From Rhizobium sp. Q54 (GTDB taxonomy: Bacteria > Pseudomonadota > Alphaproteobacteria > CADEGL01), in NCBI GenBank assembly GCA_945860095.1, contig CAMAPP010000004.1, positions 1 through 50,146 on the forward strand: DNA of 50,146 nucleotides, read 5' to 3'. Below are positions 38,279 to 48,737 of the stretch, piece after piece. How positions within the stretch are numbered: the first letter of the stretch is position 1; every line of letters begins with the position of its first letter. Both the position numbers and the translations under genes were made by a program. The notes under the pieces were generated by a model. That model saw only the letters and a list, made by a program, of their open reading frames with translations. It was not told where the DNA came from and searched no databases.

Positions 38279-38863
38279 GTGATCCGCTTGTTCATCGGTC
38301 TCGAACTACCCCTCGAAACCACCGATCTCCTGGCCGACATGTCCGCCGGCATTCTCGGCGCGCGCTGGATCGCGCCCGAGAACATGCATCTCACGCTCCG
38401 TTTCATTGGCGATATCGACGAGGCGCGCTACGAAGACGTGATGGAGGCGCTCGATGGAGTGCGCGCGCCCGTCTTCGAAATGACGCTCGAGCGCCTCGGC
38501 ACCTTCGAGCGGGGACGGATTCCCCATTCGCTCTGGGTCGGGGTGCGGCGCGAGGACACGCTGTTCCAGCTCCAAGCCAAGATCGAACGCGCGATCGTGC
38601 GCGCGGGTTTCGAACCCGAACGCCGCCGCTTCACCCCCCACGTCACGATCGCCCGGCTGCGCGACGCGCGTCCCGATCAAGTGGGCGATTTCATGCGCCG
38701 CCACGAGCCGGTGCGCTTGGCGCCGATTTGGGTCGAGCATCTCGTGCTGTTCTCGAGCCATCTGTCGAAATACGGCGCGGATTACGCGGTCGAGGAAAGC
38801 TTCGCGCTCGAGGGCGCGGGCGTCGCTTCCTTCGCCGAGGAAGCGATGGCCGAGGACGACTGA
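38279..38863 (+). CDS. thpR: RNA 2',3'-cyclic phosphodiesterase (2H family)
   Basis: RLFIGL and two HxT motifs (MHLTLRFIG, PHVTIAR); GTG start with RBS GGGAGG. Confidence 0.9.
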   Translation: MIRLFIGLELPLETTDLLADMSAGILGARWIAPENMHLTLRFIGDIDEARYEDVMEALDGVRAPVFEMTLERLGTFERGRIPHSLWVGVRREDTLFQLQAKIERAIVRAGFEPERRRFTPHVTIARLRDARPDQVGDFMRRHEPVRLAPIWVEHLVLFSSHLSKYGADYAVEESFALEGAGVASFAEEAMAEDD

Positions 38864-38879
38864 ACGCGCCGAGCACGGC

Positions 38880-39356
38880 CTAAAGCCGGCCGCGAATATC
38901 CTCGAGCAGGCCGCGCGCACCCGCTTCGATCATATCGAGGGTGTGCTCGAAATCGCTTTCGCTGCCGTCATAGGGATCGGGCACGTCGCGCGCGCCGCGC
39001 TCGGGGGCAAATTCCATGAGCAGGCGGATTTCGGCGGCCGCGCCCTCGTGGAAGGCGTTCGCCAGATAGCGCTTGTGGTCCTGGTCGAGCGCCACGACGT
39101 AATCGAAGCGTTCGAAGTCCCGGGCCGCGATGCGGCGCGCGCGCTGGCCGGAAAGATCGAAGCCACGTCGGGCCGCGACCGCGACCGCACGCGGATCGGG
39201 CCGCTCGCCGACATGGTAGCCGTGAGTGCCGGCGGAATCGGTTTTGATTTTTTGCCCCAATCCCGCATCTTCGGCGTAGCGGCGCAGCACACCCTCCGCG
39301 GTCGGAGAGCGGCAGATATTTCCCGTGCACACGAACAAAACCCTGACCACTGGCAA
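38880..39356 (-). CDS. Low-molecular-weight protein-tyrosine phosphatase
   Basis: FVCTGNICRSPTAE, DSAGT, VPDPY. Confidence 0.92.
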   Translation of the reverse strand: MPVVRVLFVCTGNICRSPTAEGVLRRYAEDAGLGQKIKTDSAGTHGYHVGERPDPRAVAVAARRGFDLSGQRARRIAARDFERFDYVVALDQDHKRYLANAFHEGAAAEIRLLMEFAPERGARDVPDPYDGSESDFEHTLDMIEAGARGLLEDIRGRL

Positions 39357-39500
39357 CCATCCCCGCTCGAAGTGGCCGTATCATAGCGGGCAAGAATGGC
39401 GTGGAAACCCCTGATTTTGGCGGGCAAGCCCCGTATCGACAGGCGGGCGGCGGCACCAGCGGCGCCCCGCCTCGCCAGGGGACCGGCCCCAGCGTCTCCC

Positions 39501-39615
39501 AAGATCAAGCCCAAAATCCCGTCCAAGGCCATGTCTAAGGCCATGTCCAAGACCCAGATCCAGGCCCAGACCCAGACCCAGACCCAAACCCAGGCCTTGG
39601 CCAAGACCCTGGCCG
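39501..39615. repeat. Imperfect 6-bp-period microsatellite over the UDG start region
   Basis: AAGATC AAGCCC AAAATC ... AAGGCC ATGTCT AAGGCC ATGTCC AAGACC CAGATC CAGGCC (CAGACC)3 CAAACC CAGGCC; encodes SKAMSKAMSKTQIQAQTQTQTQTQ. Confidence 0.8.
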
Positions 39616-40169
39616 AAGTGCGGGCCTGCGCTCTATGTGCGGCCCATCTGCCGCTCGGCCCGCGCCCTGTTCTCCGGGCGGCGGTTTCGGCGCGCCTGAT
39701 GATCGTCGGCCAGGCGCCCGGAACGCGAGTGCATGAGTCGGGTATTCCCTGGGACGATTCCTCGGGCGACCGCTTGCGCGAATGGCTCGGTCTCGACCGC
39801 GAAATTTTCTACGACGAACGGCGGATCGCTATCGTGCCCATGGGGTTTTGCTATCCGGGGCGCGATGCGGCGGGCGGCGACAGTCCGCCGCGCCCCGAAT
39901 GTGCCCCGCTTTGGCATCCGCGTCTCTTGCCGCTTATGCCGAATATCTCGCTCACCCTGCTGGTCGGCGGCTATGCCCAAGTGCGCTATCTCGGCAAAGC
40001 GGCGAAATCGGGCGTCGCCGAGACCGTGCGCGGCTGGCGCGATTTCGCGCCTGCCTTCCTGCCCACGCCCCATCCGAGCTGGCGGGTCGGTCTCTGGCTC
40101 AAGCGCAATCCGTGGTTCGAAGCCGAAATCGTGCCCGCGCTGCGCGCGCGCGTGCGGGCGCTCGTCTAG
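39531..40169 (+). CDS. Uracil-DNA glycosylase family protein
   Basis: CALC, VGQAPG, PWDDSSG, GFCYPG...PRPEC, PHPS; start ambiguous within the repeat. Confidence 0.85.
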   Translation: MSKAMSKTQIQAQTQTQTQTQALAKTLAEVRACALCAAHLPLGPRPVLRAAVSARLMIVGQAPGTRVHESGIPWDDSSGDRLREWLGLDREIFYDERRIAIVPMGFCYPGRDAAGGDSPPRPECAPLWHPRLLPLMPNISLTLLVGGYAQVRYLGKAAKSGVAETVRGWRDFAPAFLPTPHPSWRVGLWLKRNPWFEAEIVPALRARVRALV

Positions 40170-40205
40170 CGCACGCTCGTCTAGCGCACGCTCGTCTAGC
40201 GCACG
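40161..40205. repeat. Perfect 15-bp triplication CTCGTCTAGCGCACG at a convergent gene junction
   Basis: Copies at 40161, 40176 and 40191; copy 1 holds the UDG stop (+), copy 3 the USP-like stop (-). Confidence 0.95.
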
Positions 40206-41068
40206 ATCACGAGCGGACAGCTCACGCGGTCCATCAATTCCTCGGCCGCTTGGCCGCGCGCGAACGGGCTGTCGGCGCCCACGACCAGCACCGCATTCCC
40301 CGCCCGGCGGGCAAAGCCGCACAGATCGATCAGGGATGGCTCGCCCAAGATTTCGATTCGCACTTGGGCACCCATGGCGCCGACGATCTCGCGCGCGCGG
40401 CGCTCGAGCGCCGCGGCATCGGTTTCATTGCCGGCGAGCAAGGCGGCCGTGACTTCGGCGCCGGCGCCGCGTGCAAGCCCGGTGTTGCGTGCGAGCCCGG
40501 TGTTGCGTGCGAGCAAGGTCGCGAGCGCCAAGGCCTTGTCCGACTGGGCGCTGGCGTCGTAGGCGACGAGGTATCGATCCGCGCGCAACTGTCCCTCGCG
40601 CATCACAAGGACCGGGCCGCGAGCGTGCCGCGCGGCGCTGCGCGCGCTCGAACCCAGCCGGATGCGTCCCGCGATGGGCCGTGACAAGCCGACGAGAACG
40701 ACAAGATCGACATCCTCGGCGGCCGAGGCGATTTCCGCCGCGACCTCGCCGCGCGCGATCCGGAACGAGAACGCGACGTGCCGGCGCCGGGCATGATCTT
40801 CCATCTGTCTGCGGGCCGCCTCGGCGTGCACGCGCAGCGCGCGTTCCGTCGTCTCGGTGCTGAATGCGCTCCAGTCCGAGGTGCCAATATTGATTTGCCG
40901 CACGAAGGGCAATGCCGCCGAGCGCAGAAGATTCATGTCCTCGACGAACAAGCCGACGAGTTCGGCGTGCATGCGGTCGGCAAGATCGATGGCGGCGTCG
41001 AGCGATGCCGGCGCATCGGTGGCCGCGTCGAGCGCGAACAAGATACGGCGTATGATGGGTTCGCTCAC
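40196..41068 (-). CDS. Universal stress protein-like (two USP-type domains)
   Basis: RRILFALDA, LVGLFVED, DLVVL..G, LGSSAR, GPVLV, YLVAYDAS, CPLVIVR; GTGA overlap with the Lon-like gene; internal 18-bp duplication (ARNTGL x2) at 40469-40514. Confidence 0.75.
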   Translation of the reverse strand: MSEPIIRRILFALDAATDAPASLDAAIDLADRMHAELVGLFVEDMNLLRSAALPFVRQINIGTSDWSAFSTETTERALRVHAEAARRQMEDHARRRHVAFSFRIARGEVAAEIASAAEDVDLVVLVGLSRPIAGRIRLGSSARSAARHARGPVLVMREGQLRADRYLVAYDASAQSDKALALATLLARNTGLARNTGLARGAGAEVTAALLAGNETDAAALERRAREIVGAMGAQVRIEILGEPSLIDLCGFARRAGNAVLVVGADSPFARGQAAEELMDRVSCPLVIVR

Positions 41069-43494
41069 GACCCCTCCTTGCCCGCGCCATCGGCGAATTT
41101 GCGCGCCGCCTGCGCCATCGCGTCGAGGCGCGCCTGGGCGCGGCCATTGACCGTGTCGGGCGGAAAGCGCCCATCCGCGCCTCGCTCGCCCGCTGCCATG
41201 CCGGTCAGCACCTCGATGCCTTGGTCGATGGTCTCGATCGGATAGACGCAAAACAGCCCTTTGTTCGCCGCTTCCGCCACGTCCGCGCGCAGCATCAGGT
41301 GCTTCACGTTCGCGGCGGGAATGAGCACGCCGTGGCCGCCGTCGAGGCCGCGCGCGCGGCACAAATCGAAGAAACCCTCGATCTTTTCGTTCGCTCCGCC
41401 GATGGCCTGGACCTGGCCGAACTGATTGACCGAGCCCGTGACCGCCAAGCCTTGGCGGATCGGCGCGTCCGCGAGCGCGGATAAAAGGGCGTAAAGCTCG
41501 GTCGAGGACGCGCTGTCGCCGTCCACGCCGCCATAGGATTGCTCGAACACGAGACTGGCCTTAAGCGAAAGCGGCCGGTCGGCGCCGAAGCGCTGGCGCA
41601 GGAAACCCGAGAGTATCAGCACGCCCTTGGTGTGGAGCGGCCCGCCCATGGCGACTTCGCGCTCGATATCGACGATCTCGCCCTTGCCGATGGCGACCGT
41701 CGCCGTGATGCGGCTCGGCTTGCCGAACGCGACATCGCCGATGGCCAGGACGGCCAGGCCGTTCACCTGGCCGGTGCGCGCGCCCGCGGTGTCGATGAGG
41801 ATCGTGCCGCGCTCGACTTCTTCTTGCAGGCGCTCGCGGATGCGATCGGCGCGGCGCAGGCGCGCGGCGATGGCTTGGTCGATGTCCTGGCCGGAAACAA
41901 CCGTCGCGTTGCGCTGGTCGGCCCAGTAATCCGCCTCGCGCAACAATCCACCCACGGCGTCGAGCTGTGTCGAGAGGCGTTCGGAATCGCCGGTGATGCG
42001 CGCCGCGCGGTCGATCACGCGCGCCACCGCCTCGCGGTCGAAGGGCTTCAGGGCGTCGGTCTTTATCAGGCCCGCGATGAAGCGCGCGAAGGCCGCAATG
42101 GCGCCATCGTCGCGCTTGATCCTATCCTCGAAATCGACCGGCACCTTGAACAGCTCGTTGAACTCGGGATCGTAGCTGGACATGAGGTAATAAAGATCGC
42201 GTTCGCCCAGCAGCACGACCTTGATGTCGAGCGGAATGGGTTGGGGTTCGAGCGAGCCGGTGCTAACCCCGCCGAAGGCCAGGCCCAGGGGCTCGATGCG
42301 GATTTCCCGGCTGCGCAGGGCGTGTTTGAGTTCGTCCCAGCCGAAGGGCTGCATCAGGATCTTGCGGGCGTCCACGATCAGATAGCCGCCGTTCGCGCGG
42401 TGCAGGGCGCCGGGCAGGATCATGCCGAAATCGGTGAACAGCGCGCCGAACAGCGCGCGGTGCTCGATCTTGCCGAACAGATTGGGATGGCTCGGATTGT
42501 CCTCGTACACCACCGGCGCGCCCGCGGCCCCGGTGTTGTCGATGATCACGTTGACCTTGTAGCGGGCAAAAATATTCGTGGAATTCGGCGCCTCTCCCAT
42601 GCCTGGCTGGGGCGGTCCGCCTTCGCGCGGGCCTTGCGCGCCATCGGGGCGCAACAGGGATTCGGCGTTGTCCACCATGTCGGCTTGCATGGCGTCGAGG
42701 TGCGCGCACACGGCGGTCACGTCGAGGTGGTGTTTTTTCACGTCCTCGACGAGATGGGCGATGGCGGAGGTCGCGATGCGCCGGTTGAGTTCGCGCACGG
42801 CCGCGCGATGCTCGCGTTCCCATTGCGGCATCTTCTGCATGATGATCTGCAGCTCGTCCTGGAGGGTTTCGATCTCCGCGCGGACCGCCTCCTGTATCTT
42901 CGCGTCGAGCTTGGCGAAATCCTCCGGACCCATGACCTCGGTGCCGGACATGGGTGCGAGCGCCAAGCCCGAAGGCGTGCGGATGAGCGCGACATTGCGC
43001 TCCTGGGCCTTTTTCTGGAAAGCGCCGAAGATCGATTCGTGGCGCTCCTTCATGCGCTCTTCGATGGCCTGGCGCTGGGCGCGGTAATCGTCGCTCTCGA
43101 AAGCGGTCGGCAGGACCGATTTCAAATCGTCGATCAGATGTTCCATCTCGGCGCGAAACGGCCGCGCTCGGCCGGTGGGCAGCGCCAGCGTCTTGGGCTT
43201 GTGCGGATCGGCGAAATTGTGGACGTAGCACCAGTCGGGCGGCGCCGGGCGGTCGGCGGCTTGGTGTTCGAGGAAATGGCGCACCATGCGGTGCTTGCCC
43301 GTGCCGGTCGGGCCGAGGGCGAACATGTTGTAGCCCTCTTGGCGCATGCCGACTCCGAAGCGGATGGCTTCGAGCGCGCGCTCCTGGCCCAGCGCCTCGT
43401 CCGCGGGCTTGAGCGTCGCGGTGGTCTCGAAGCCGAGCGCGGCCGGATCGGTGCGGCGGCGCATCTGGTCGGCGGATAGCGGCTTCACGGCCAT
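41065..43494 (-). CDS. Lon-family protease-like AAA protein (LonC/YcbZ type)
   Basis: GQERA, GPTGTGK, PGALHRANGGYL, GQVNGL, EQSYGGVDGDSAS (Ser), IGGANEKIEGF (Lys). Confidence 0.9.
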   Translation of the reverse strand: MAVKPLSADQMRRRTDPAALGFETTATLKPADEALGQERALEAIRFGVGMRQEGYNMFALGPTGTGKHRMVRHFLEHQAADRPAPPDWCYVHNFADPHKPKTLALPTGRARPFRAEMEHLIDDLKSVLPTAFESDDYRAQRQAIEERMKERHESIFGAFQKKAQERNVALIRTPSGLALAPMSGTEVMGPEDFAKLDAKIQEAVRAEIETLQDELQIIMQKMPQWEREHRAAVRELNRRIATSAIAHLVEDVKKHHLDVTAVCAHLDAMQADMVDNAESLLRPDGAQGPREGGPPQPGMGEAPNSTNIFARYKVNVIIDNTGAAGAPVVYEDNPSHPNLFGKIEHRALFGALFTDFGMILPGALHRANGGYLIVDARKILMQPFGWDELKHALRSREIRIEPLGLAFGGVSTGSLEPQPIPLDIKVVLLGERDLYYLMSSYDPEFNELFKVPVDFEDRIKRDDGAIAAFARFIAGLIKTDALKPFDREAVARVIDRAARITGDSERLSTQLDAVGGLLREADYWADQRNATVVSGQDIDQAIAARLRRADRIRERLQEEVERGTILIDTAGARTGQVNGLAVLAIGDVAFGKPSRITATVAIGKGEIVDIEREVAMGGPLHTKGVLILSGFLRQRFGADRPLSLKASLVFEQSYGGVDGDSASSTELYALLSALADAPIRQGLAVTGSVNQFGQVQAIGGANEKIEGFFDLCRARGLDGGHGVLIPAANVKHLMLRADVAEAANKGLFCVYPIETIDQGIEVLTGMAAGERGADGRFPPDTVNGRAQARLDAMAQAARKFADGAGKEGS

Positions 43495-43515
43495 GGCATT
43501 CATTCCCCGGGTGAT

Positions 43516-43911
43516 TCAGTCCTGGTTTTCGATGCGTTCCATGTCCGCATCCGACAGGCCGAAATGATGGCCGATCTCGTGAACGAGGACATGGCGCACG
43601 ACGCGCGCCATGGTCTCCCCCGTCTCGCACCAGTAATCGAGCATCGGCCGACGGTACAGGAAGATCATGTCGAGGTCCTGACGGACATCCTGGGTCGTTT
43701 GCCGGTCGAGCGAAACGCCGCGATAGAGACCCATGAGGTCGAAGGGCGAATCAAAACCCATTTCGGCCAGAGTCTCGTCGTCGGGAAATTCGTCGACCCG
43801 AATGACGACATTCGCGATGCGCACGCGCAGGTGCTCGGGCAGCGTCAGCAGGGCATCCGTCGCGAGCGCCTCGATGTCGTCGAGCGAGGGCGGAGTGGTC
43901 GGTGGCGCCAT
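43516..43911 (-). CDS. Zincin-like metallopeptidase family protein (DUF1025)
   Basis: LMGLYRG, IFLYRRP, HVLVHEIGHHFGLSD; RBS AGGAGG. Confidence 0.88.
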   Translation of the reverse strand: MAPPTTPPSLDDIEALATDALLTLPEHLRVRIANVVIRVDEFPDDETLAEMGFDSPFDLMGLYRGVSLDRQTTQDVRQDLDMIFLYRRPMLDYWCETGETMARVVRHVLVHEIGHHFGLSDADMERIENQD

Positions 43912-44031
43912 CGAAGTCCCTCCTATCCTCTGAGGTCTCAAGTTCCAGGTACCCGCCGCCTTGCCTCGTGAGGCCGCGGCAACCATGTTCGCTTATATCT
44001 AGGCGTGCGGATGGGCGAAGGGGAGGGGTGC

Positions 44032-44322
44032 ATGGCGCGGATATTGTCGGGCGAGGCGAGGGCGCTGACCCTCGAATCCATCAAGGATTGGCAGGCGGTC
44101 GAGGGCCGCGATGCCATCCGCCGGGATTTCGTCTTCAAGGATTTCAACCAGGCCTTCGGTTTCATGGCGCGCGTGGCGCTCCAGGCCGAGCGCATGGACC
44201 ACCATCCCGAATGGTCGAACGTTTACAACCGCGTCTCGATCACGCTGACCTCGCACGATGCGGGCGGCCTGACCGAGCGCGACGTGAAGCTCGCGCGCTT
44301 CATCGACCAAGCGTCCGTCTGA
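44032..44322 (+). CDS. phhB: Pterin-4-alpha-carbinolamine dehydratase
   Basis: [32 protein letters not shown]. Confidence 0.92.
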   Translation: MARILSGEARALTLESIKDWQAVEGRDAIRRDFVFKDFNQAFGFMARVALQAERMDHHPEWSNVYNRVSITLTSHDAGGLTERDVKLARFIDQASV

Positions 44323-44372
44323 CCCGCCGGGTCTCTCGGTTCTCGGATCTCGGTTCCTCGGATCGGGGCTCT

Positions 44373-45593
44373 TCAGATCGCTTCATCGAGCGCGCGGATC
44401 AGGCGCTGGACCTCCTCGGCCGTATTGTAATGGGCGAGGCTCGCGCGCACGACGCCGCCTTGCGGCAAAAGGCCGAGGGCATCGATGAGCCTTTGGGCGT
44501 AATAGTGTCCGGACAGCACGCCGATCTTGTGCGCGGCCAGCTTGGGCGGAAATTCGGACGCTTGGCGGCCTTCGACGGCGAAGGCGAACACAGGCGCGCG
44601 CGCCGTACCCGTCTTGGTGCCGATCAGGCGCACGCCCTTTTTCGTCGAGAGATAATCGTGGAGCGGCTGGGCGATTTCCGCCTCGCTTCGGGCGGCGAGA
44701 TCGAACACGGGTTTCACTTGATCCGCGAAGGGCCGGTTGGTGCCGGGGAAATGCCGCTCGTGCAATGCCGAGATGTAGTCGGCGATGCCGGTCAGCGCGC
44801 CCACGACCTCGAAATCGTAGCCGCCGACATTGAGCTTCAGGGGCAACTCGTCCTCGGCGATGAAGAAATGATTCTGGCCCTTGAGACGGCGCATCAATCC
44901 GCGCTCGACGTACATCATCGCGTGGTGCGGACCGTAAATCTTGTAGAGGCTGCACAGATAGACATCGACACCGAGCGTCTTCACGTTGACGTGCGCATGC
45001 GGCGCGCCCGCGACCCCGTCCGCGCAGACAAGCGCGCCCGCGCCGTGCGCCAGGCGCGCGATTTCCGCCAGATCGTTGAACGTGCCGGTGACGTTCGAAC
45101 AATGCGTGACCGCAACGATGCGCGTGCGCTCGTTCAGCAGGGCCTTGAGGTCGTCGATTTCGAGATCGGCCGTGTCGGGATGGACGCGCCATTCGCGCAC
45201 CAAGACGCCGGCATCGGTCAGCCGCCGCCAGGCGCCGTTGTTCGCCTCGTGGTCGAGATTGGTCACGATCGCTTCGTCGCCCGGCTTCAGAATGGAACGC
45301 ATCGCCTGGGTCAGGACATAGACGTTCAGCGTCGTCGAGTGGCCGATCACGATTTCCTCGACGCCCGCGCCGACAAGCTCGGCCATGCGCGCTTTGGCCT
45401 CGTCGAGCCGGCGCGCGGCCTCGGCCGAGGCGCCGTAAACGCCCTTGGGCTGAACCTGGCACTCGGTCATGAACGCCGTCATGCGCTCGACCACGGATTT
45501 GGGCACCAGCGTGCCGCCCGCGTTGTCGAAATAGCCGAAGCCGTCGTCGAGCTGCGGGAATTGCCGGCGCGCATAGGCGATGTCGAAGGTCAT
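44373..45593 (-). CDS. Class V PLP aminotransferase / cysteine desulfurase-like protein
   Basis: RRQFP, FDNAGG, DHEAN, HCSNVTG, ADGV, SLYKIYGPH, RASLAHYNT. Confidence 0.85.
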   Translation of the reverse strand: MTFDIAYARRQFPQLDDGFGYFDNAGGTLVPKSVVERMTAFMTECQVQPKGVYGASAEAARRLDEAKARMAELVGAGVEEIVIGHSTTLNVYVLTQAMRSILKPGDEAIVTNLDHEANNGAWRRLTDAGVLVREWRVHPDTADLEIDDLKALLNERTRIVAVTHCSNVTGTFNDLAEIARLAHGAGALVCADGVAGAPHAHVNVKTLGVDVYLCSLYKIYGPHHAMMYVERGLMRRLKGQNHFFIAEDELPLKLNVGGYDFEVVGALTGIADYISALHERHFPGTNRPFADQVKPVFDLAARSEAEIAQPLHDYLSTKKGVRLIGTKTGTARAPVFAFAVEGRQASEFPPKLAAHKIGVLSGHYYAQRLIDALGLLPQGGVVRASLAHYNTAEEVQRLIRALDEAI

Positions 45594-45618
45594 GGTGCTT
45601 CTCCGGTTCGCGCCCAGG

Positions 45619-46560
45619 CTAGGAATGGGTTTCGGCGGCGTCAACGCGGTCACGCCGGCGTGCCGCCGCCTCGCGCTGTACGATATACAGGCACGAACCG
45701 GCGATGATCGCGGCGCCGATGAAGGAATACACCGTCGGCACCTGATCGAAGGCGAAATAGGCCATGAGCGCGACCATGGGCAATTGCGCATAGAGGAACG
45801 GCTGGACATAGCTCGCCTCGGTCAGGGCATAGGCGCGCGTGAGCCCGAGATGGCCGATGGTCGTGCCGGCGCCCACGCCCGCGAGGTATAGCAATTGGCG
45901 CGCATCGACGACTTGCCAGCCCGGACCCAGGCCGATCGCGGGTGCGCCCGTGACGACGAACGCGGTCAGGGGTACGAGATAGATCGTCATGTAGGTCATG
46001 ATGGCGTTGGGATGTTCGGTCCGCGCGAGCAGCTTGACCGCGATCGCCGCCGAGGCAAAGCACAGTGAGGACACGAGCGCGATAAGGCTCACCGGATCGA
46101 AGGTGCCGGCACCCGGGCGCATGATGATCAACATGCCGGCAAAGCCAAGGCCGATCGCGGTCCAGCGGCGCAGGCGCAGCCGCTCGCCGAGAATGGCGCC
46201 TGCGAGCAGGGCGGTGAAGATCGGCGTGGTGAAGGACAGGCTGGTCGCATCCGCCAGCGGCAAGCGCGAAAGCGCCGTGAACCAACTCAGCATGGCGATA
46301 AGGCCGAGAACCGCGCGCACCGTGTAAAGGTCTAGCCGCTTGGTGCCGAGCACGCGCCAGCCTTTCGCCCACACCCAGGGCAACATGAAGGCAAGGCCGA
46401 AGACGCAGCGAAAAAAAGCGATCTCGAAGACGTGAATTTCGGCCGAGATGTGGCGGATGAAGCCGGCTCCGGCGGTGAAGCCCATTGCGGCGAGGACCAT
46501 CCACAAGGGCCCCCGGATGGCGGGGGCTAGGGCGGCGAGACGGGCGAGGAAGTCGCGCAT
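45619..46560 (-). CDS. DMT/EamA family transporter
   Basis: About 10 hydrophobic segments; [39 protein letters not shown]. Confidence 0.88.
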   Translation of the reverse strand: MRDFLARLAALAPAIRGPLWMVLAAMGFTAGAGFIRHISAEIHVFEIAFFRCVFGLAFMLPWVWAKGWRVLGTKRLDLYTVRAVLGLIAMLSWFTALSRLPLADATSLSFTTPIFTALLAGAILGERLRLRRWTAIGLGFAGMLIIMRPGAGTFDPVSLIALVSSLCFASAAIAVKLLARTEHPNAIMTYMTIYLVPLTAFVVTGAPAIGLGPGWQVVDARQLLYLAGVGAGTTIGHLGLTRAYALTEASYVQPFLYAQLPMVALMAYFAFDQVPTVYSFIGAAIIAGSCLYIVQREAAARRRDRVDAAETHS

Positions 46561-46598
46561 GGGGCTCCGGTCGTGCCCGGACTCGCCGGCTGCACCTA

Positions 46599-46698
46599 TG
46601 GCATTATAGGAGCGTTCGCGCCTGTGGCATCATGGGGCGTTCGCGCCCGTGGCATCATGGGGCGTTCGCGCCCGTGGCATCATGGGGCGTTCGCCCCG
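46599..46698. repeat. Four ~25-bp tandem units TGGCATCATGGGGCGTTCGCGCCCG in a divergent promoter region
   Basis: Units at 46599 (degenerate, with TATAAT on the - strand), 46625, 46650 and 46675; the two central units contain a GGGCG-TTCG-CGCCC hairpin. Confidence 0.9.
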
Positions 46699-46775
46699 GC
46701 CGAAAATGCCGGGTTTTGGCGCGAGATGCGATTGAAGCTCCTCGGATTTCCCGATCCCCGTTCGACATCGAGATC

Positions 46776-48737
46776 ATGGCCATGACCGAAAAACCGCTTT
46801 GGACGCCTTCACCCGCTCGCATTGCGTCCGCCAATCTCACCGCCTTCGCCGCCGCGTATGGCGCGCGCGTGGGACAAGGATTTGCCGATTACGACGCGCT
46901 GTGGCGCCACTCGGTCGAGGCGCCCGAGGCGTTCTGGGGTTTCGTGTGGGAATGGGGCGAGGTCGTGGGCGAGCGGCGCGACTCGCCGGTGATTGCCGAC
47001 AGGGAACGCATGCCGGGGGCGAAATTCTTTCCCACGGCACGGCTCAATTTCGCCGAGAATCTGTTGCGTCGGCGCGACGGCGGGGAAGCCCTGGTGTTTC
47101 GAGGCGAGGACAAGGTCAAGCGCCGGCTGAGTTACGCCGAACTTTACGCCGAGACGTCGCGCATGGCCCAGGCGTTCGCGGCCCAAGGCGTGAAGGCGGG
47201 CGACCGGGTGGCGGGATTCCTGCCGAACATGCCCGAGGCCATCATCGCCATGCTCGCCGCGTCCTCGCTCGGCGCGGTGTGGTCCTCGGCCTCGCCCGAT
47301 TTCGGCGCCCAGGGCGTGCTCGACCGCTTCGGCCAGATCGACCCGACCGTGCTCGTGGCGGTCGAGGGCTATCACTACAACGGCAAGGCACACGATTGCT
47401 TGGCGAAGCTCGGGGAAGTGGTCGCGGGCCTGCCCGGACTCAAGCGCGTCGTCGTGGTGTCCTATACGCGCGCGCGTCCCGCGCTTGATGGCATCGCGAA
47501 CGCCGCGCACTGGGACGATTTCGTGACGCCCTTCGCCGCCAAGGACATCGCGTTCGCCCGCATGGCATTCAACGCGCCGCTGTTCATCATGTTCTCCTCG
47601 GGCACCACGGGCGTGCCAAAATGCATCGTCCACGGCATCGGCGGCACGCTGCTGAAGCATCTCGTCGAACTGCGCCTTCATTCGGACGTGAAATCGGGCG
47701 ATCGGGTGTTCTATTTCACGACCTGCGGCTGGATGATGTGGAATTGGCTGGTTTCGGGCCTCGCCGCGGGCGCCAGCCTGATGCTTTACGACGGCTCGCC
47801 CTTCCATCCCGACGGCAATGCGCTGTTCGACTTTGCCGACGCGGAAAAATTCACCTTTCTCGGAACCTCGGCGAAATTCATCGACGCCGCGGCCAAGGCG
47901 GGCATCGAGCCCCGGCGGACCCATTCGCTGGCGAGCGTGCGCACGCTCGCCTCCACCGGCTCGCCGCTGGTGCCTGAAAGCTTCGACTACATCTACGACA
48001 AGGTGAAACCCGACATCCATCTCGCGTCGATTTCGGGCGGTACCGACATCATCGGCTGCTTCGTGCTCGGCAATCCGACGGGTCCCGTCTGGCGCGGCGA
48101 AATCCAGTGCCGCGCGCTCGGCGTCAAGGTCGATGTCTTCGACGACGATGCCAAGCCCGTGCGCGGCGAAAAGGGCGAATTGGTCTGCACCGCGCCGTTT
48201 CCCTCCATGCCCATCGGCTTCTGGAACGATCCCGGCGACAAGAAATACCGCGCCGCCTATTTCGACCGCTTCGACAATATCTGGTGCCACGGCGATTACG
48301 TATCGCTGAACGCGCACGGCGGGATGGTGATCTACGGCCGCTCGGACGCCGTGCTCAATCCCGGCGGCGTGCGCATCGGCACGGCCGAAATCTACCGTCA
48401 GGTCGAGCGCGTCCACGAGGTCGTGGAAAGCCTGGTCATCGGACAGGACTGGGACAACGACGTGCGGGTGGTGCTGTTCGTCGTGCTGCGCCCGGGCACC
48501 GCGCTCGACGACGCGCTTGGTGCCCGCATCAAAGCGGAGATTCGCGCCAACACCACGCCCCGTCACGTGCCCGCGCGAATCGTGCAAGTCGCCGACATCC
48601 CGCGCACCCGTTCGGGCAAGATCACCGAGCTTGCCGTGCGCGATGTCGTGCACGGTCGGGCGGTCAAGAACAAGGAGGCCCTCGCCAATCCCGAGGCGCT
48701 CGATCTGTTCAAGGACCTGCCCATGTTACAAAGCTAA
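46776..48737 (+). CDS. Acetoacetate--CoA ligase
   Basis: [79 protein letters not shown]. Confidence 0.92.
   Translation: MAMTEKPLWTPSPARIASANLTAFAAAYGARVGQGFADYDALWRHSVEAPEAFWGFVWEWGEVVGERRDSPVIADRERMPGAKFFPTARLNFAENLLRRRDGGEALVFRGEDKVKRRLSYAELYAETSRMAQAFAAQGVKAGDRVAGFLPNMPEAIIAMLAASSLGAVWSSASPDFGAQGVLDRFGQIDPTVLVAVEGYHYNGKAHDCLAKLGEVVAGLPGLKRVVVVSYTRARPALDGIANAAHWDDFVTPFAAKDIAFARMAFNAPLFIMFSSGTTGVPKCIVHGIGGTLLKHLVELRLHSDVKSGDRVFYFTTCGWMMWNWLVSGLAAGASLMLYDGSPFHPDGNALFDFADAEKFTFLGTSAKFIDAAAKAGIEPRRTHSLASVRTLASTGSPLVPESFDYIYDKVKPDIHLASISGGTDIIGCFVLGNPTGPVWRGEIQCRALGVKVDVFDDDAKPVRGEKGELVCTAPFPSMPIGFWNDPGDKKYRAAYFDRFDNIWCHGDYVSLNAHGGMVIYGRSDAVLNPGGVRIGTAEIYRQVERVHEVVESLVIGQDWDNDVRVVLFVVLRPGTALDDALGARIKAEIRANTTPRHVPARIVQVADIPRTRSGKITELAVRDVVHGRAVKNKEALANPEALDLFKDLPMLQS

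Noticed and set aside
36980-38863. 627-aa ORF
   Set aside because: Only the last 194 aa (ThpR) look real; the rest is an off-frame overlap of the FIST gene.
41539-48653. Long antisense ORFs (41539..43479, 43902..45707, 46809..48653)
   Set aside because: Typical stop-poor antisense frames of GC-rich genes with no recognisable motifs.
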